The position numbers were made by a program, and so were the translations under genes. A DNA stretch of 61,365 bases, filler included, from Sphacelaria rigidula (taxonomy: Eukaryota): the NCBI GenBank assembly GCA_964200075.2. It is 6 parts of 6 records of this genome, joined end to end, with 100 filler letters (N's around TTAATTAATTAA, not from the genome) between each part and the next. Parts side by side here need not be neighbours in the genome. Positions count along the whole stretch, not along the records: positions 20,491 to 30,634 come from CAXNAA020007039.1; positions 30,735 to 40,878 come from CAXNAA020007040.1; 4 more parts are not named here. One strand, given 5' to 3'. Of the stretch, positions 25,265-37,763 are shown piece by piece. Under the pieces are notes generated by a model. The model did not search any database and had not been told where the DNA came from. It worked only from the letters and a program-made list of their open reading frames with translations. Each line of letters starts with the position of its first letter. The stretch's first letter is position 1.

Positions 25265-26368
25265 GTGAGTACGTACGTTGTAGTGAGGTGTCGTGACGTT
25301 CACACGCGTCGGTCGTACCTAATTTTTTTCGTGGCGTCTTGATATACAGCCGTTGCCGTCTAATTTTTTCAGCGTTTTCGTTTGTTCTCCACATACAGTC
25401 GTGAGCGCGTTATTCTGTGCAAACTCTGATCATAGACAACAGTCTGTCTTGGTGAGCACGGATCATGAATTGGAACCGACAATAGTCGATGTTGAGGGCG
25501 TGTCTCGTCAAAAAAATGTTGGGCAGCGACAAAGTGCTGCAAAACTTATATCGGGTGTTTTTGCTAATCTTACCCGGTTTCGGTCCATAGAGATTGTATA
25601 TAATGTGATTGAAAAAATATGTGGAGAATGTTACCAATCAACAGCGAACAAAACTTCCATCCCAAAATCGTACACACGTTGATCACAAGATACGTGACGA
25701 CACACTACTGAAGCAATTAATAATATTTTCGTCTCTTGTGTCGATTCCGTGATATAGCACAAATGTGCAAGTTTTTGTAACCGTGCCGTACCGTACCGTA
25801 CCGTACCGTACTGTGCACATATCCTGGAACGCTCCACACCCTAGACGCAATAGATGATACTGTACGCAGTACACTTTTTGACAATGTAATCTATTCTTCG
25901 GGGTGTGGAACGCTCGCACCGTATTGTGGTAACACCATGAAGAGACCATGCTGAGTGTACCACGCGTGGCGTGACGGTGTGTACAACACCTCCACTGTGT
26001 TGTCATTTTCTTCCGAATATACTTGCTGGGGTAGCTGACATATTAGTGATTCTTGCCGGTAATCAATCGGGTGAGGCGGTGCTCAATCTGAGAAGTCAGG
26101 CGCTGACATTTTGACGCGGCATTTTCATCATCAGCACGCGCAACATCACATTGCATGATCATCATTGGGCTGCCAAGAACTGAAAAAAAAAAAAAACAGG
26201 AAGTTAGCGCGATTTGAAATCTCAGCAAAAACTGGAAAAATATCTTGACTCTGTGTAAAAAAAAAAACGGCGGCATGCCGAGAAATGTACGCGGAGGAGA
26301 TCCTGGTAAAATTTAGGCTGAAAATTCCTGAAATTGGGCCCAGCCTGGGACTTTTTGAGTCCCACCGC

Positions 26369-26445
26369 TGCCCCTCGGTGGTCCAAGTGATACACGAGCC
26401 TCCAATTACACAGGTGACGAGCTCGAACCCCGACACGAGTGTTTG
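26369..26445 (+). mobile_element. Degenerate tRNA-like SINE head
   Basis: CCTCGGTGGTCCAAGTGA (A-box-like) ... GAGCTCGAACCCC (B-box-like). Confidence 0.35.
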
Positions 26446-28474
26446 TTCATATTCTTGAAAAAAATAAATTCTTCCAATTGTAGTGAAAAACTATCACCAT
26501 CCGGGATTTGACCGAGGGAAACTGTTACAGGCCAGTCCCAGTCGGAAGCCTGTGCCTGTGCGCGTCGTATGTGACAATCGGCTCGGAAGTCCTCTCTCAT
26601 GAAGGAGCTGCTGACGAGCTTGACGTCATCTCGCAGCATTCCCAGTGCCCTCTGGACTGGGTTTATCACGGTTGTCATACGTGATCTCGCCGCGTTTCCT
26701 AAAAAAACCTCAAAACAAGCTATTATGCCAAGATATGAGCGCACCCGGTACTTGACGCAGTATAATAACGTCATCCCCAAAACTGCGCCAATCGAACAGC
26801 GGCGGAGCCGTGCGTCACCAGCTTGATCTGCAGCTCACAGCGATATGGAAGAGTCGGGCTAGTACGGGAAACTTGAAAAGTTGTTATGTTATGCCTATAT
26901 CTTTCCTCCGCGTTTTTTGTTCGTTTTTGCTTCGCCTTTTCACATATTTTTCCGAATTTGGCGACAAACGCACAATACATGAAAAAATACTACACAGTAG
27001 AGCTGCATATAGGGAATATCGACGACCGCGATTTTCTGGGGTAGGATACTGAGGTGTTCCATTCCCGCGGTAAGCGCAATAATTCAGGCTTTTCCGCGTA
27101 GGTATCGCAGTCTTCAAGCCCCGTACGTGTGGTACCGCGCTTTGCAGGCAACGCATTCCGTGTACCGCGGTGATACCGCGAAATCATGGGACTACACCAT
27201 GCAAGAGAAGAATGAATCCCGCTTGCGAGAAAATCCCTGAAAGAATGATGATGAGACGCAACCTTGCATCATTCCACGCTTGGCGCATGGCTCCTCGGCT
27301 TTCCCAGCTGCACCCTTGCCTGTATATGCTTGCAGCGGCCACGACCGAGAGGAAATCCTATCCTTGAAGATTTGAGGCACATGTTGAACATTCACGCACC
27401 CAGACCATCTGCCAATTAACCCTTCAGCAACCGCGGCCCACCTAAAGTCTGAAAACCTGTGCGAGGGGTCGTTCACGGACAAAGGCCGATATGACGGGCA
27501 ATCAGAAATCACCAAATGTGCCCCGCATGTCATGACTGTACACAAGCCCAGGTGAAAATACGGCACAAAACCGCCTCAAGTTTCAGAGTGTAGTGGTACA
27601 GTTCCGGCACGTGTTGACAGAATATTGTACACAAGAAAAGTGTCACAGTGAAGACAGTTTCCTGTTACGGGCAAACGTTCACAGCGACCAGTGGCTCCCG
27701 GAATGATGCCAGCGCGGCAGCACGTGTGTTAGAGATCCGTGACCCACATCAAGCACCCTTTCCATGGCTACATTGTATGTCGCTGCTGTCACGTGCTCTG
27801 GCCACCCAGACTGGGTGAGCAGCTGAAGCACCTCTCTCAACGATGGGCATGGTTGTTTGAATGGAATACAGTGCGCCCACCGCACGGCCACAGAGCGAAA
27901 CAAACCATCGCGCGCGCCTGAGTCATTAGTTACTGGCGGCCACTACAAGCTGATCGTCGATGGCAGTAGTGCCGTCCTCCACACAGGATGAGACCGCTGC
28001 CTGGTCGGGGGCAGAGGCTGTGCCAGATGTAGCCATCACTGCTTTAGTCGGCCACAGCGTGCTTTCTTAGTGTTTCCTCTCTCTGATATGTAGCGAAAAC
28101 AGAGTCGTTCTATACCTCCAAATGTGGCATAGTTCATCTCAGTCCGCCTTCGTGGGGGTCGCTGTCTGAGGGTTCACCGTGAGGGAGGACGGGTAACTTA
28201 CACTGGCATCATCTTGGGGGCACGGTGTTCCTCGTCTACTGTTTCTCCTCCTAGCCCTCATTTTTTATTATTCTTGCTTGATCGAGACTGTAATCGAGGC
28301 TGTGCGATATCCGCCCACGTGATGAATTCAGCTTTCGCCAAATATTTTTGAAAACAAATGCGCTACCCTTGGCCGTTTAGCTACGTGCCATCGGTGGAGT
28401 CGTGACGCCAGAGATTACTCAGGAATTGTTCTCAATGAAAACCTGCTATTTTTGCTGAACTCTCCGTCATGCAG

Positions 28475-28682
28475 CTGGAAACCCGCGCGATCCCCTGCGG
28501 TCATTGCGGCAGAGACCGCGGCACGAGAGGCAGCCATCGCTGAAGCAGCCGATCACAGGGCAGCTGACGCTGCGGCTCCCGCACAGGCAGCTGGCGCTGC
28601 TGTGGCCCCTGCACAGGCAGCTGGAGCTGCGGAGGAAGAGTTGCGCCCAGAGGCTGCGGCAGAGGCGGCTGTGGTGGACTGA
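28475..28682 (+). CDS. Terminal exon of the HERP-like gene
   Basis: ATGCAG acceptor; phase-2 join gives SLFPP-WKPARSPAVIAAETAAR... ending at TGA; Ala-rich, with a small APAQAAGAA duplication. Confidence 0.75.
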
Positions 28683-30634
28683 CAAGTCCGATCGCTTGTG
28701 TTCCTACGTCGTTTTTGGGCTCGCGCGCAACCCAACGTGTGGGCGGGAACGCTACGCAGTATGGTGTTTGCGCGGCGGGCACCAGCAAAGCTTTGCAAGG
28801 CCCGGTGCGGGATTATTGTAATGTTGTACGCTGGAGAACCGGGGGAGGGGTGTTGTTGCCGTAAGTCAAGGTATACGAGAAAAGCGGCCTGTTTACACAC
28901 GTTTATTGCCGCATTGTTTGGTAACTGTACGTTTGGGGTTCGATTTTTGGCGTCACGGGGCCAAGCTGAACACCATGCGTGATGCCTGTTTGAACTTTCA
29001 AGTCGGGCGCGCGGCTCAGCAAAGCTGTAAATACTGGGTTGCGTGGCTTTCTTCCTCGAATAGTTGGGAGTTCTCGTCTGTAAAAAATAATTTGGATGAA
29101 GGATAGCAGTTCCCAGATATGTTTCGAAACGGCTCGCCCAGGCCTTCCATAAGGTTGTACAGTCAAGCACCGTTTTGCACGTTGTAACGATGGCCAAGCG
29201 TGGGAGGGAATCGTGCGTCTTGCATGGAATGAGCTTTCATGGCATCGTAGAATAATGTTGACGCCTTGCGTTCCAGCCGGAAATCACATCCGCCGTGTAC
29301 GGTGTGGACACGGCGCCTTTGCGATATATCAATACAAGCTTCCGCATTGCTCGTCACCGCTGCATTTCCGAAGCTGAGCTGTTCAGTTTAGTCCATTATG
29401 TTCTTGATTTCGCAGCAAAGTGTCTTTTTGTTGCCCGAATTCGCTGCGCTCTGGAGGGGGGCTGAGGATTTGTACGTAAACAATGGTTGGTACTATGGAG
29501 ATGCCGCCAACCCTAACGCTAACCCTAACCCTGACCCCGACCAAGGCATACCGAGAACCCTCGGGCAAGGGGGTGCAGAGTGTTCCCTATGAAAAGTGTG
29601 CGTTGCCAGAGCTCAGATCGACGCCTTGCAGCCAATTTTGGACCAAAACACGTTCTGGACGAGCTGCGCCCACTGCTCACCTGCCCCAGACCATGCATTT
29701 TCTCAGAACTTTGTTCAGTCTAAAATCACGTAAAATCGATAACCAACCATTGTTTACGTACAAATCCTCAGCTCTACTGGCGCTCTGCCTCGTCGCTTAC
29801 TACATCTGGGTATGGACACGAAGAATCCTGAGAACCGACAAATATTGGAATCAAACACCAAAACCCAAATTGGCTCGCACACGCACAAACACGAACCCTC
29901 ACAACGAGCGCCACTTTCAACCCTTGCCCCGTCACCAGGGCAACATTCGGTTACCCAGTCCCATCGTTCCATCTTGCCTGTCCATGCCTGTATCATATAC
30001 TGCCGTAAGTTCCCACGCCGTTCCACCCATATACGTCTACGGACAAGGACGGCTCCCCTGTACGCAAGACAGGGCACACATGGACGATATATTGCACGTG
30101 ATTGCCCTGCTCAAGATGAAGTTACTTCCTCACGCACGGTTGCCAGCAAATCAACCACCCACAGAGCCTGCTCATAAACAGCCTTGCTCGCGGCCCCTGC
30201 TAGCCCGACGCCCGTCACCGCCGCCTCGATGGGATGTGTCGCAGTCCAACAAGCGCCTTCCGCCATGGAGCAAGTGAGCCCGGCGGGGCCCCCGACCCGG
30301 TCGAGCTCTCGTCGTGCCAGACGCAGGCTTTGTTTTGTCACTAGCTTGCCAGCTACCCACCCCAGCTTGCCAAGCTGAGTCGTCGATGGCAAAGGGGAAA
30401 CGAAAGTAGGAAGAAAGGCAGGATTATGTGCCAAGTCTGACCCGTTATAATCACCAATATATGTTACGGATTTTTCGATGAACTTTCATTGATGGATTGC
30501 CGCATTTCAACGGATCCGTGTCTGACATGTCTGAGGGATCCAGCTGTGGTCACGAGATGGACACACCCAAGGTGAACAGCGGAATCACCCGCTACAGAAG
30601 AGAGGGGGGGGGGGGGGGGGGGACCTCTTTTGTT

Positions 30635-30734
30635 NNNNNNNNNNNNNNNNNNNNNNNNNNNNNNNNNNNNNNNNNNNNTTAATTAATTAANNNNNNNNNN
30701 NNNNNNNNNNNNNNNNNNNNNNNNNNNNNNNNNN
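30635..30734. other. Artificial contig-joining linker
   Basis: Same spacer. Confidence 0.97.
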
Positions 30735-30804
30735 CCCCGGTTCTCTGATGTGGGAGAGAGGGGGGGGGGGGGGGTGCCGCCGGTCGCGTTCCCCTCCTTT
30801 GGGT

Positions 30805-30838
<34 letters not shown>

Positions 30839-33800
30839 GCTGACGTCGATTGATTGCTTGTTTGAAGAAGGCGCTGAGCCACGTTGCTCCGCTGGTCACC
30901 GGAGGGGGCGAGGGGGGGAGTGGGGACTTGATAGAGGAGTGCCTTGTATTGTACTTGATTTGGCTTTGCGAAATTTGAAGCAAACTGTGACTTGACGATT
31001 TGTGATTACTCCAAGGGTTTGATGCTGAAAAAGGCTGCACTTTCGTAGTAGACCTGATTCAAAAGGTCCGTGGAAGTCACTTTCTGCCCTTGAAACTTCG
31101 GTGCTGAATGCGGTGTGAGGAACGTTCCTGCTGAATTCTGTTGAGATATTTCCGTTTTGAGATAGTGATGTGAGGGTTTTAAAATTGTTCACGTGCCCGT
31201 GTTCTGTGAGCCCAAGACGTTTGAGGTTTTGTTTACGTAATGTAGATGTACGCGTGTTGAATATGAACCACCAACACTAGTTTTAGGGGCGTAGGTTTGA
31301 ACGGTGCTTCACAGCATGACGTGCATGTGGCTTCTCATTTCTCCCTCTAATTTTCTTTCGGCCTCTGAAAGAAAAAAAATCACGAACCCACCAGTTGGCA
31401 GCCGATCCGCTGCTCCTAAAGATCGGTTGGTGGTATGTTGTGTGGTGTGGTGTGTGACAAGCAGGTAGGCAGCCCGGAGCGTTGCCTCCCGCTGGTCCCG
31501 CGGAAATTGGCTCCAAAAAAAGGGAGTTCCCCCCCCAGAAAATCTCGTCGGAAGGAAATAGGCTCAATTTTTTTTCCAAGCAGAAAAAATGCTTTGAGGT
31601 TTCAAAAACTAAGGCATGGGCTTTGGGGGCAGAAGTCTACGAAGTAGAGGCTCAGTCTTCCCTATTGCATGCTCCCTCGAGCTCAAGCGTGCGTTGCCTA
31701 ACTCGCCACAGAAAGCGAAATTCGTGACTTTGTATAACCTTATATATCGCCTTTTGCCGATGTACAATATATCACTAATTCAGTTTGCACACATGCGATA
31801 CCGACCACTACCTGGACCGTAGCTTGTGACAGGCTGTAATGTTTGTTGGTACATGATACGTCCACAGATGCTTTGACGCTCGAGGAATACTGTTTTAGTG
31901 TGCGAAGAATGCGATTGTGTCTTGAGGATGCTACCGTTTTCTAAGCATATGCCTGGGTTTTTGAAGGCGTTTTTCATTTGTGGGTTGGGTGCAGGTATAA
32001 CCTTGCAAAATGGGATGCGCCTGCCGATAAGTATGCGTGAAAGGAGAGAGAGGTTTTGCTTGGATGGCCTAATTTCCTCCTCAACTGCTTTTGAGGGCTT
32101 GCTTGGTTACTGATGTACTGCCGTCTCGGTCCCATAAGTAAGGGTCTCTGGAGTGTTCACCCCATCGGCGTGTGTATACGGCAATAACGTTGGAATTTTT
32201 GGAAATAAAAAACTTAAAAGAAGCCGATGAAAAAAATATGACGGGAACTTTTGGCTCAAAATTTGAATCAAAACTGATCCAATTTTGGCCACTTCATTTT
32301 TTTTTTTGCCAAATTCGACCGATTTTTCCTATTTTCGTGCTGAACGTGAGTGAAGACGCGACGGGGTGGTTTCGGACAAGGCATAGCTAGCTTCTGCACG
32401 AGAAGTACACTAAAACGAGGAGTGTCTGGCGGCTCTTCGCCATTTTTTCGCGATTTCAATTTTTTCCTCCCGGAAAAAGGAAGAAATACGGCCGTTTCCA
32501 GGCCAATTGATTTTTTTCGGCCGTTCGGCCCCGTGGGGTAAGCAGCATACTTCAAAAAAAGAATCGACACGGTGAAGGGTCCGTACAAACTTAACTACCT
32601 CAACTGACGGGACAGATGAAGTACCAGTTGAGGGGTAGTTTTCGTGTAAGCCGGATATCAGTAAGATCCACGGTGTTGGGATCTACGATACATTAGTGAC
32701 GCACTCCTGGATTATGTCTGATTGGTTACACGCGGTGGGATTTGCTACCGTATTTGGCGCGTTGGGGGACGCACGTGATGTGCCGTGTATCGTCCGCACC
32801 TCAGCTCACTCAACCCCGGCTCCCTAGCCACAAGCTCTCGTCCATAATTGATTGATCCTCGTCGAACCATTCCCAGTGTTATGCCTTTTCGATGTTATGG
32901 GGGCGGTATATCACGATGAAGTGTACGTTCTATTAGCTGAAATCATGTTCCGCAGTTTCAATTATCTCGCGCTCAGACAGGAGGTCATCGTGCGAAGAGG
33001 GGTGAGCACTGTTGGCTTCAACAGCTCGCTCCACGGGCGATGCCGCACATGGGAGAAAGCTGCATGACGCACGAGAGTCGTTACAGCACATGTCGCAGGC
33101 GATTTTTGCTAAAAAGATTGTTGTATTCGCTAGAACAGGGCGAGTTGATGCAGGGTTCTCTAGATGCGGGTTCTACTCTGTGCGCATCGGTCTTGAAACA
33201 CACATACACCCTTGTCCGTTGTACATGAAATATGTTGTTTGCTGCTATGTGTTCGACACTGCCTACCAACCGCGGCATTACGCCTTCGGCGGTAGTACCT
33301 GCTCATTGCACAGCGGCAGGGTGCAGGGTGACAAAGCACAGCACAGAACACCACATCCTTAGCCTTAGCCTATCCCTGTGCTGCATTGATTTCGCCTGTC
33401 CTTCGCAGTTCGCCACATCATGCACGCAAACGCTTGTATCTGCGGTCAAGGTGTATGCGGGATATCGCTACGACACATTTTGTAAGCTGTCCGTGTTGCA
33501 GCTACAGCGTGCGTTTGCCCCAGGTTGCGCACGCAGGAGTGAAAGGCCGCTTCTGCTGCTGTCATAGTTGCCTGTATCTTGGGCGAAGATGTATGGTAAC
33601 ACAGCCGCTATGGCGCGAAAGCTTTAATTATCCAAGATTGGATTATCGAGTACGAGGTCGACAAAACAAAAATATGTCAAGTCATGGATTTTCCGCGACG
33701 AGTTAGCATCAAGTCGCCTTCTTTACCATACATGCTCACAAGAGTCTAATGATTTTCGATATATGAATAACGACGAAATGATATGAAAAAGCTCGGAAAA

Positions 33801-34427
33801 TGCCGGGGATGAAAGACATGCGGAAAATGACGATGGGCATCGCGCGCCCCCTCGTGGGACAGATCCGTTGCAAAGTGGAGGACAAAACGGAAAATATGTC
33901 AACTTTGGACTATTGTTGAGCAACGGTTAGGTGGAGTTGAAGTACATTAAACTAGTGGGAGGAATAGCCTGTTGAAAATACCACAGCCATAGCGTAGTGG
34001 CGTGGTGGTACAGTATTACTGCCTGCTACAGTAGAACCCCTTCTCAGTTTGGTACAGTACTTTTTCGTACATGGATCAAATCGATGGTACACCATCTGCC
34101 ACACCCACCCCGTTATTTACAAACGTTGGGCGGCTTGGACTCTATTCTCAACCATAAACGTCATGTACAAAACTCTCACGTGAATCAAGGAGGATATCTC
34201 CCTCCAGCGAATTCGTCAAAGTTGCGGCAACCACCGCCAGCAGCACTTGCCCCACTCACGTGCCGGCGTGCCCGCCTGACGAGATCTCGCCGTCTCTGCA
34301 TCGTTGCTCAGACTCGCGACACAGTGGAGTACGACCAGATGGGATCTGTACGGTTGATCATAGCGCCGATGTTGATGTTACGGCTTGCTTACCTAGCTCC
34401 TCCGTGCATCCCCCAGAGAAGTGAGAC

Positions 34428-36256
34428 ATGAAAGTCATTCGGTGGCGACAGCGCCGACGAGAAGGTAAATATATCCTCCCCGTCTGTGTGCTGCTGTCTT
34501 TCTCGTTTTTATTGTTGGCTACGGGAAATGCCGATGCTTTTGACGATGCTGACCTCGCGGCGGCCCTGGATGCAGCAAGGGCAGCAGCGGCAGGGGAGGA
34601 GAAAGTGACCATCGCGGCTGCCACTGTGACGGTGGCCGATGCCGCCGTAGGGGAAGAGAATATACCAGAGGAGGGTATCATTCCGTCTCTTCCAGTGGAA
34701 GATACCCGAAAGGCCGCTGCTGCCCTAGGATTCGATGGGGGTGGTGTTGAGAATAGTGCTGCTACCGCTGCTGCTCCTGCTGTTCCCCCTGAACCTGCCG
34801 AGGGGTTGGCGATGAAGGCAGACGCAGCAACGTTGAGTGCTGATAATTTTGGCTTGCAAACGCCGACGCATAATCGTGACGAGGCAGTAAAGGATGGTGT
34901 TACAGATTCTGCATTTCCCACGGGCCCTGCTGTTCGTAATGAGCCCGTTGGGGCATCCTCGAAGTTCACTTCTCCGGGCGTCGACACAGGTACTGTCCGG
35001 CAGGAAGGCGACGATGCCGTTGAACTCGAGGAAGAAGGGGACGGAGAACAACACGGTCATGTTGGCAACAATGACGGCGCTACTCGAACATCATCATCTT
35101 CATACACGGCAACAGTAGCTACAAGCGATATTAATGACGCAGCTGGCACGACAGCAGAAGAAAGTTCAGAGGAGGAATCGTCGAGCTGGCCGTCGACACT
35201 CTCAAACAGTCGCGCGGCATCCGACCCTGTACCTGCCCCTCAGGCCGCTGAAGCCGATGAGTACAATACCGTCGGGACTCTTGATGACGCCGGCTTGAGA
35301 CCGCTGCCGTCGGAGACCGAGATGACACAGGTAGATATGGAGAGCAGTGCAAATTTGAATGCCGAGGAAAAACGAGTTGTGACAACGGTAGACGGAAAAG
35401 GACAAGTGGAAGCTAAGCTGAGCGGGATCGGCGGCGATACGACAAAAAAAAAGGACCAATTCGAAGCCACCTCCGAGGAGGCAGCTGTGATGGTGGCGGT
35501 GGCAGAAGAAGAGAAATGGGAAAATTTGCATGACATGGAGTCGAAATCAGTTGTACCACAGAAACAAGCTCTACTGAACGATGAAGCCGGAGTAGAACAA
35601 GCTGAACACCACCTGCCAGCTTCACTGGCTATTGGGGCAGAGACTGAGGCGGCGCCAGCAACAGGAGAAGTGGCACAGTCGATGACCATTGGCGAAGAAG
35701 GTCGCCATACGTCGGGTTTTATCAACGCGGACAGAGAGGATGATAAAAATGAGCATACGATGATAATGGAAGCCGCGAGTAGTGAAACTGGCAGAAAACA
35801 GCGGCATGCCCATGATGCTGCTGCTGCTAGGAACGACGTCGCCGACGAGGGTCCTGATCCGGCGCTCGGCGTAGTAAAAAATCCGAACGATTCCGCTGCT
35901 GCTTCTGAGGCTGATTCTATTGAAATGGCCGCTTCTGCGGAATCGGGCTATAACACTAGCGACGTCGAGGAGCAGAAGCTCGCTGATACAGTGGACTCGG
36001 AAAGTCCTAGTGGGAAGGGGGGACGGCAGCCGGAGGAACCGCAGGGCACAACTTCAACAACGTCCGGGTCGGCAGGCGATGGCGTTAACCGCAGGGATTG
36101 GGGAGGGGTTCGCGGAAGCGCCCGCGTGGGAACAGTGGAAGGAGTGTTGAAGAGTGCACCGATGCCGGACGATATGGCGCAACGTGTGAGGGAAATGGAG
36201 GAAGAAATTCTGCGCAAGATTCTGGGGGACGAGGATGCGAAGTCTTTACTTGACAT
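34428..36256 (+). CDS. Uncharacterised signal-peptide protein, exon 1 (long acidic low-complexity region)
   Basis: 610-codon ORF; basic N-terminus, hydrophobic core and ADA cleavage-like site; GTGAGA donor at 36257. Confidence 0.85.
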
Positions 36257-36448
36257 GTGAGATGCGGTCATGTGCAGTATTTTTTTTTCCACATGACTGT
36301 TTTCGTCGTATTTGTTGCGCGTTACTCTACCTTTAGACAAATACCGGGGATGAAGGCCTCTTGTGGTACAAAAAATTAGATAGGAATGGCGAGCAGGTGG
36401 TTAACGCTCGCTTCCCGTGTCATTCCCCTGCCAATACTCGAGCGGATC

Positions 36449-36665
36449 GCCGCGGTGGGTCAGGTGGTAACCTCGAAACCTTCTGACGGTTGGGTCGTGG
36501 GTTAAAATCTCGGAGCGACCTGAGATTTTTTCCCACACCATGCCCAACAGTGGAGAGCGAGTATGTGTCGCGGGTATACAATATTCGATTTCACGGTCAA
36601 CGAGGGAAAGGGGCTGCTGAACCCCTCTCGCCAGAAAAAAGGAACGGAGCAAGCATCGCAGAAGG
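36449..36665 (+). mobile_element. tRNA-derived SINE in intron 1
   Basis: GGTGGGTCAGGTGGTAACC...GTCGTGGGTTAAAATC head and a body (GATTTTTTCCCACAC...AGGGAAAGGG) homologous to 55581-55806. Confidence 0.7.
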
Positions 36666-36975
36666 AAGGTGGAGTACTAAAAACAAACAAGAAAAAAATA
36701 CTCCTGTTTTGACCCTCCTCCTGTGTGACCCCGGCTGGTGCGCCCACATATACCGTAAGGTGTAGACCGACGTCCAGATAGATGGGACGACAACACACAA
36801 CTCGAATTTGCTCGTAAAAGTCACTGCAGTGGAACAAGGCTATCGACACGCACCCGACCCAATTCTACTTGACGTCGTACTCCATGTAGTCTCCTTCCCG
36901 GTGGTGAAGATTTCGCATCAGTCCCCCTCCTTTCCCCATCCGCCACCCCACCGCGCGCCCCACCTCTCAATCCAG

Positions 36976-37351
36976 CTGGGTGGAAAAGGTTAGAGACTTC
37001 GTGCTGACGAAAACAATCCCACCCACGGATGCCCAATGCGACTTTAACTGGAGCCGCTTACGCTGCGAGCCCAAGTGCTCGTGTGGTGTGCGCCTGCGCT
37101 TCGGTGACTACACCCCGGGGAGGGCCTGTCGCCTGTTGCACCCGTGGGAGCAAAGCCCTCACTGCGAGGATACCTGGGACCCCTCTGACGAGCCGGCCGT
37201 TTCACGTTTCGTACAGGGCGTGGCGGCGGGGCTCGGAAGCGCGAAGCGCACGTATGAGGCACGAATCGCGCCTCCTACGGACTCGGATTGTACGTTTAGT
37301 TTCGAGGCCCGCCGGTGCGAGCCACAAGACCTTTGTCGATTGCGACCTCGG
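36976..37351 (+). CDS. Same gene, exon 2 (Cys-rich repeat modules)
   Basis: TCCAG acceptor, phase-2 join (DI-WVEKVRDF), GTAAGT donor; PPTDAQCDFNWSRLRCEPKCSC...GDYTPGRACRL. Confidence 0.88.
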
Positions 37352-37664
37352 GTAAGTTACCGTTTGCTGCTGGCGGGTGTAATTTTTTGGGATGGAACCG
37401 AGTTTTTTTGTAGAGGGACGAGGCTATTGGGTATAGATGGAAGCTTTTCACGGGTCCGGCCGCGGTTTTCGTGTGGTGATCACTTCGCTTGCTTATCGTC
37501 CGAGAAATAAGAAAACTCATCAAACAAAATGACGACCTGCAGGGGTTTGTGGGTACACAGCGAAGCGGTTAACGCGTTTTGTAACGTGTCTGTTCTGCTG
37601 AAATTGCGTATCCCCTCTCCCTCCATTCGTTTTTTTGGCGCATTTTTCTTCGTTAACGCAACAG

Positions 37665-37763
37665 TGGGGGGACTTGACCTTGAGCAGCGCGTGCAGGCTG
37701 ACGAAGGACAAGAACAAGGAACCCACGGCGATACCCGCGAGGATGAGACCTCGTCCTCCGTAG
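37665..37763 (+). CDS. Same gene, exon 3 (completes the second Cys module, stop)
   Basis: AACAG acceptor after a T-rich tract; WGDLTLSSACRL mirrors FGDYTPGRACRL; TAG at 37761-37763; total CDS 2304 nt = 767 aa. Confidence 0.8.
   Translation, partial: WGDLTLSSACRLTKDKNKEPTAIPARMRPRPP

Noticed and set aside
29483..30277. 264-aa ORF
   Set aside because: No recognisable motif or convincing splice signals; starts in a simple repeat
34428..34560. Plastid bipartite targeting (ASAFAP-like ADA-F)
   Set aside because: Phe at +1 is followed by strongly acidic residues (FDDADL), unlike a transit peptide
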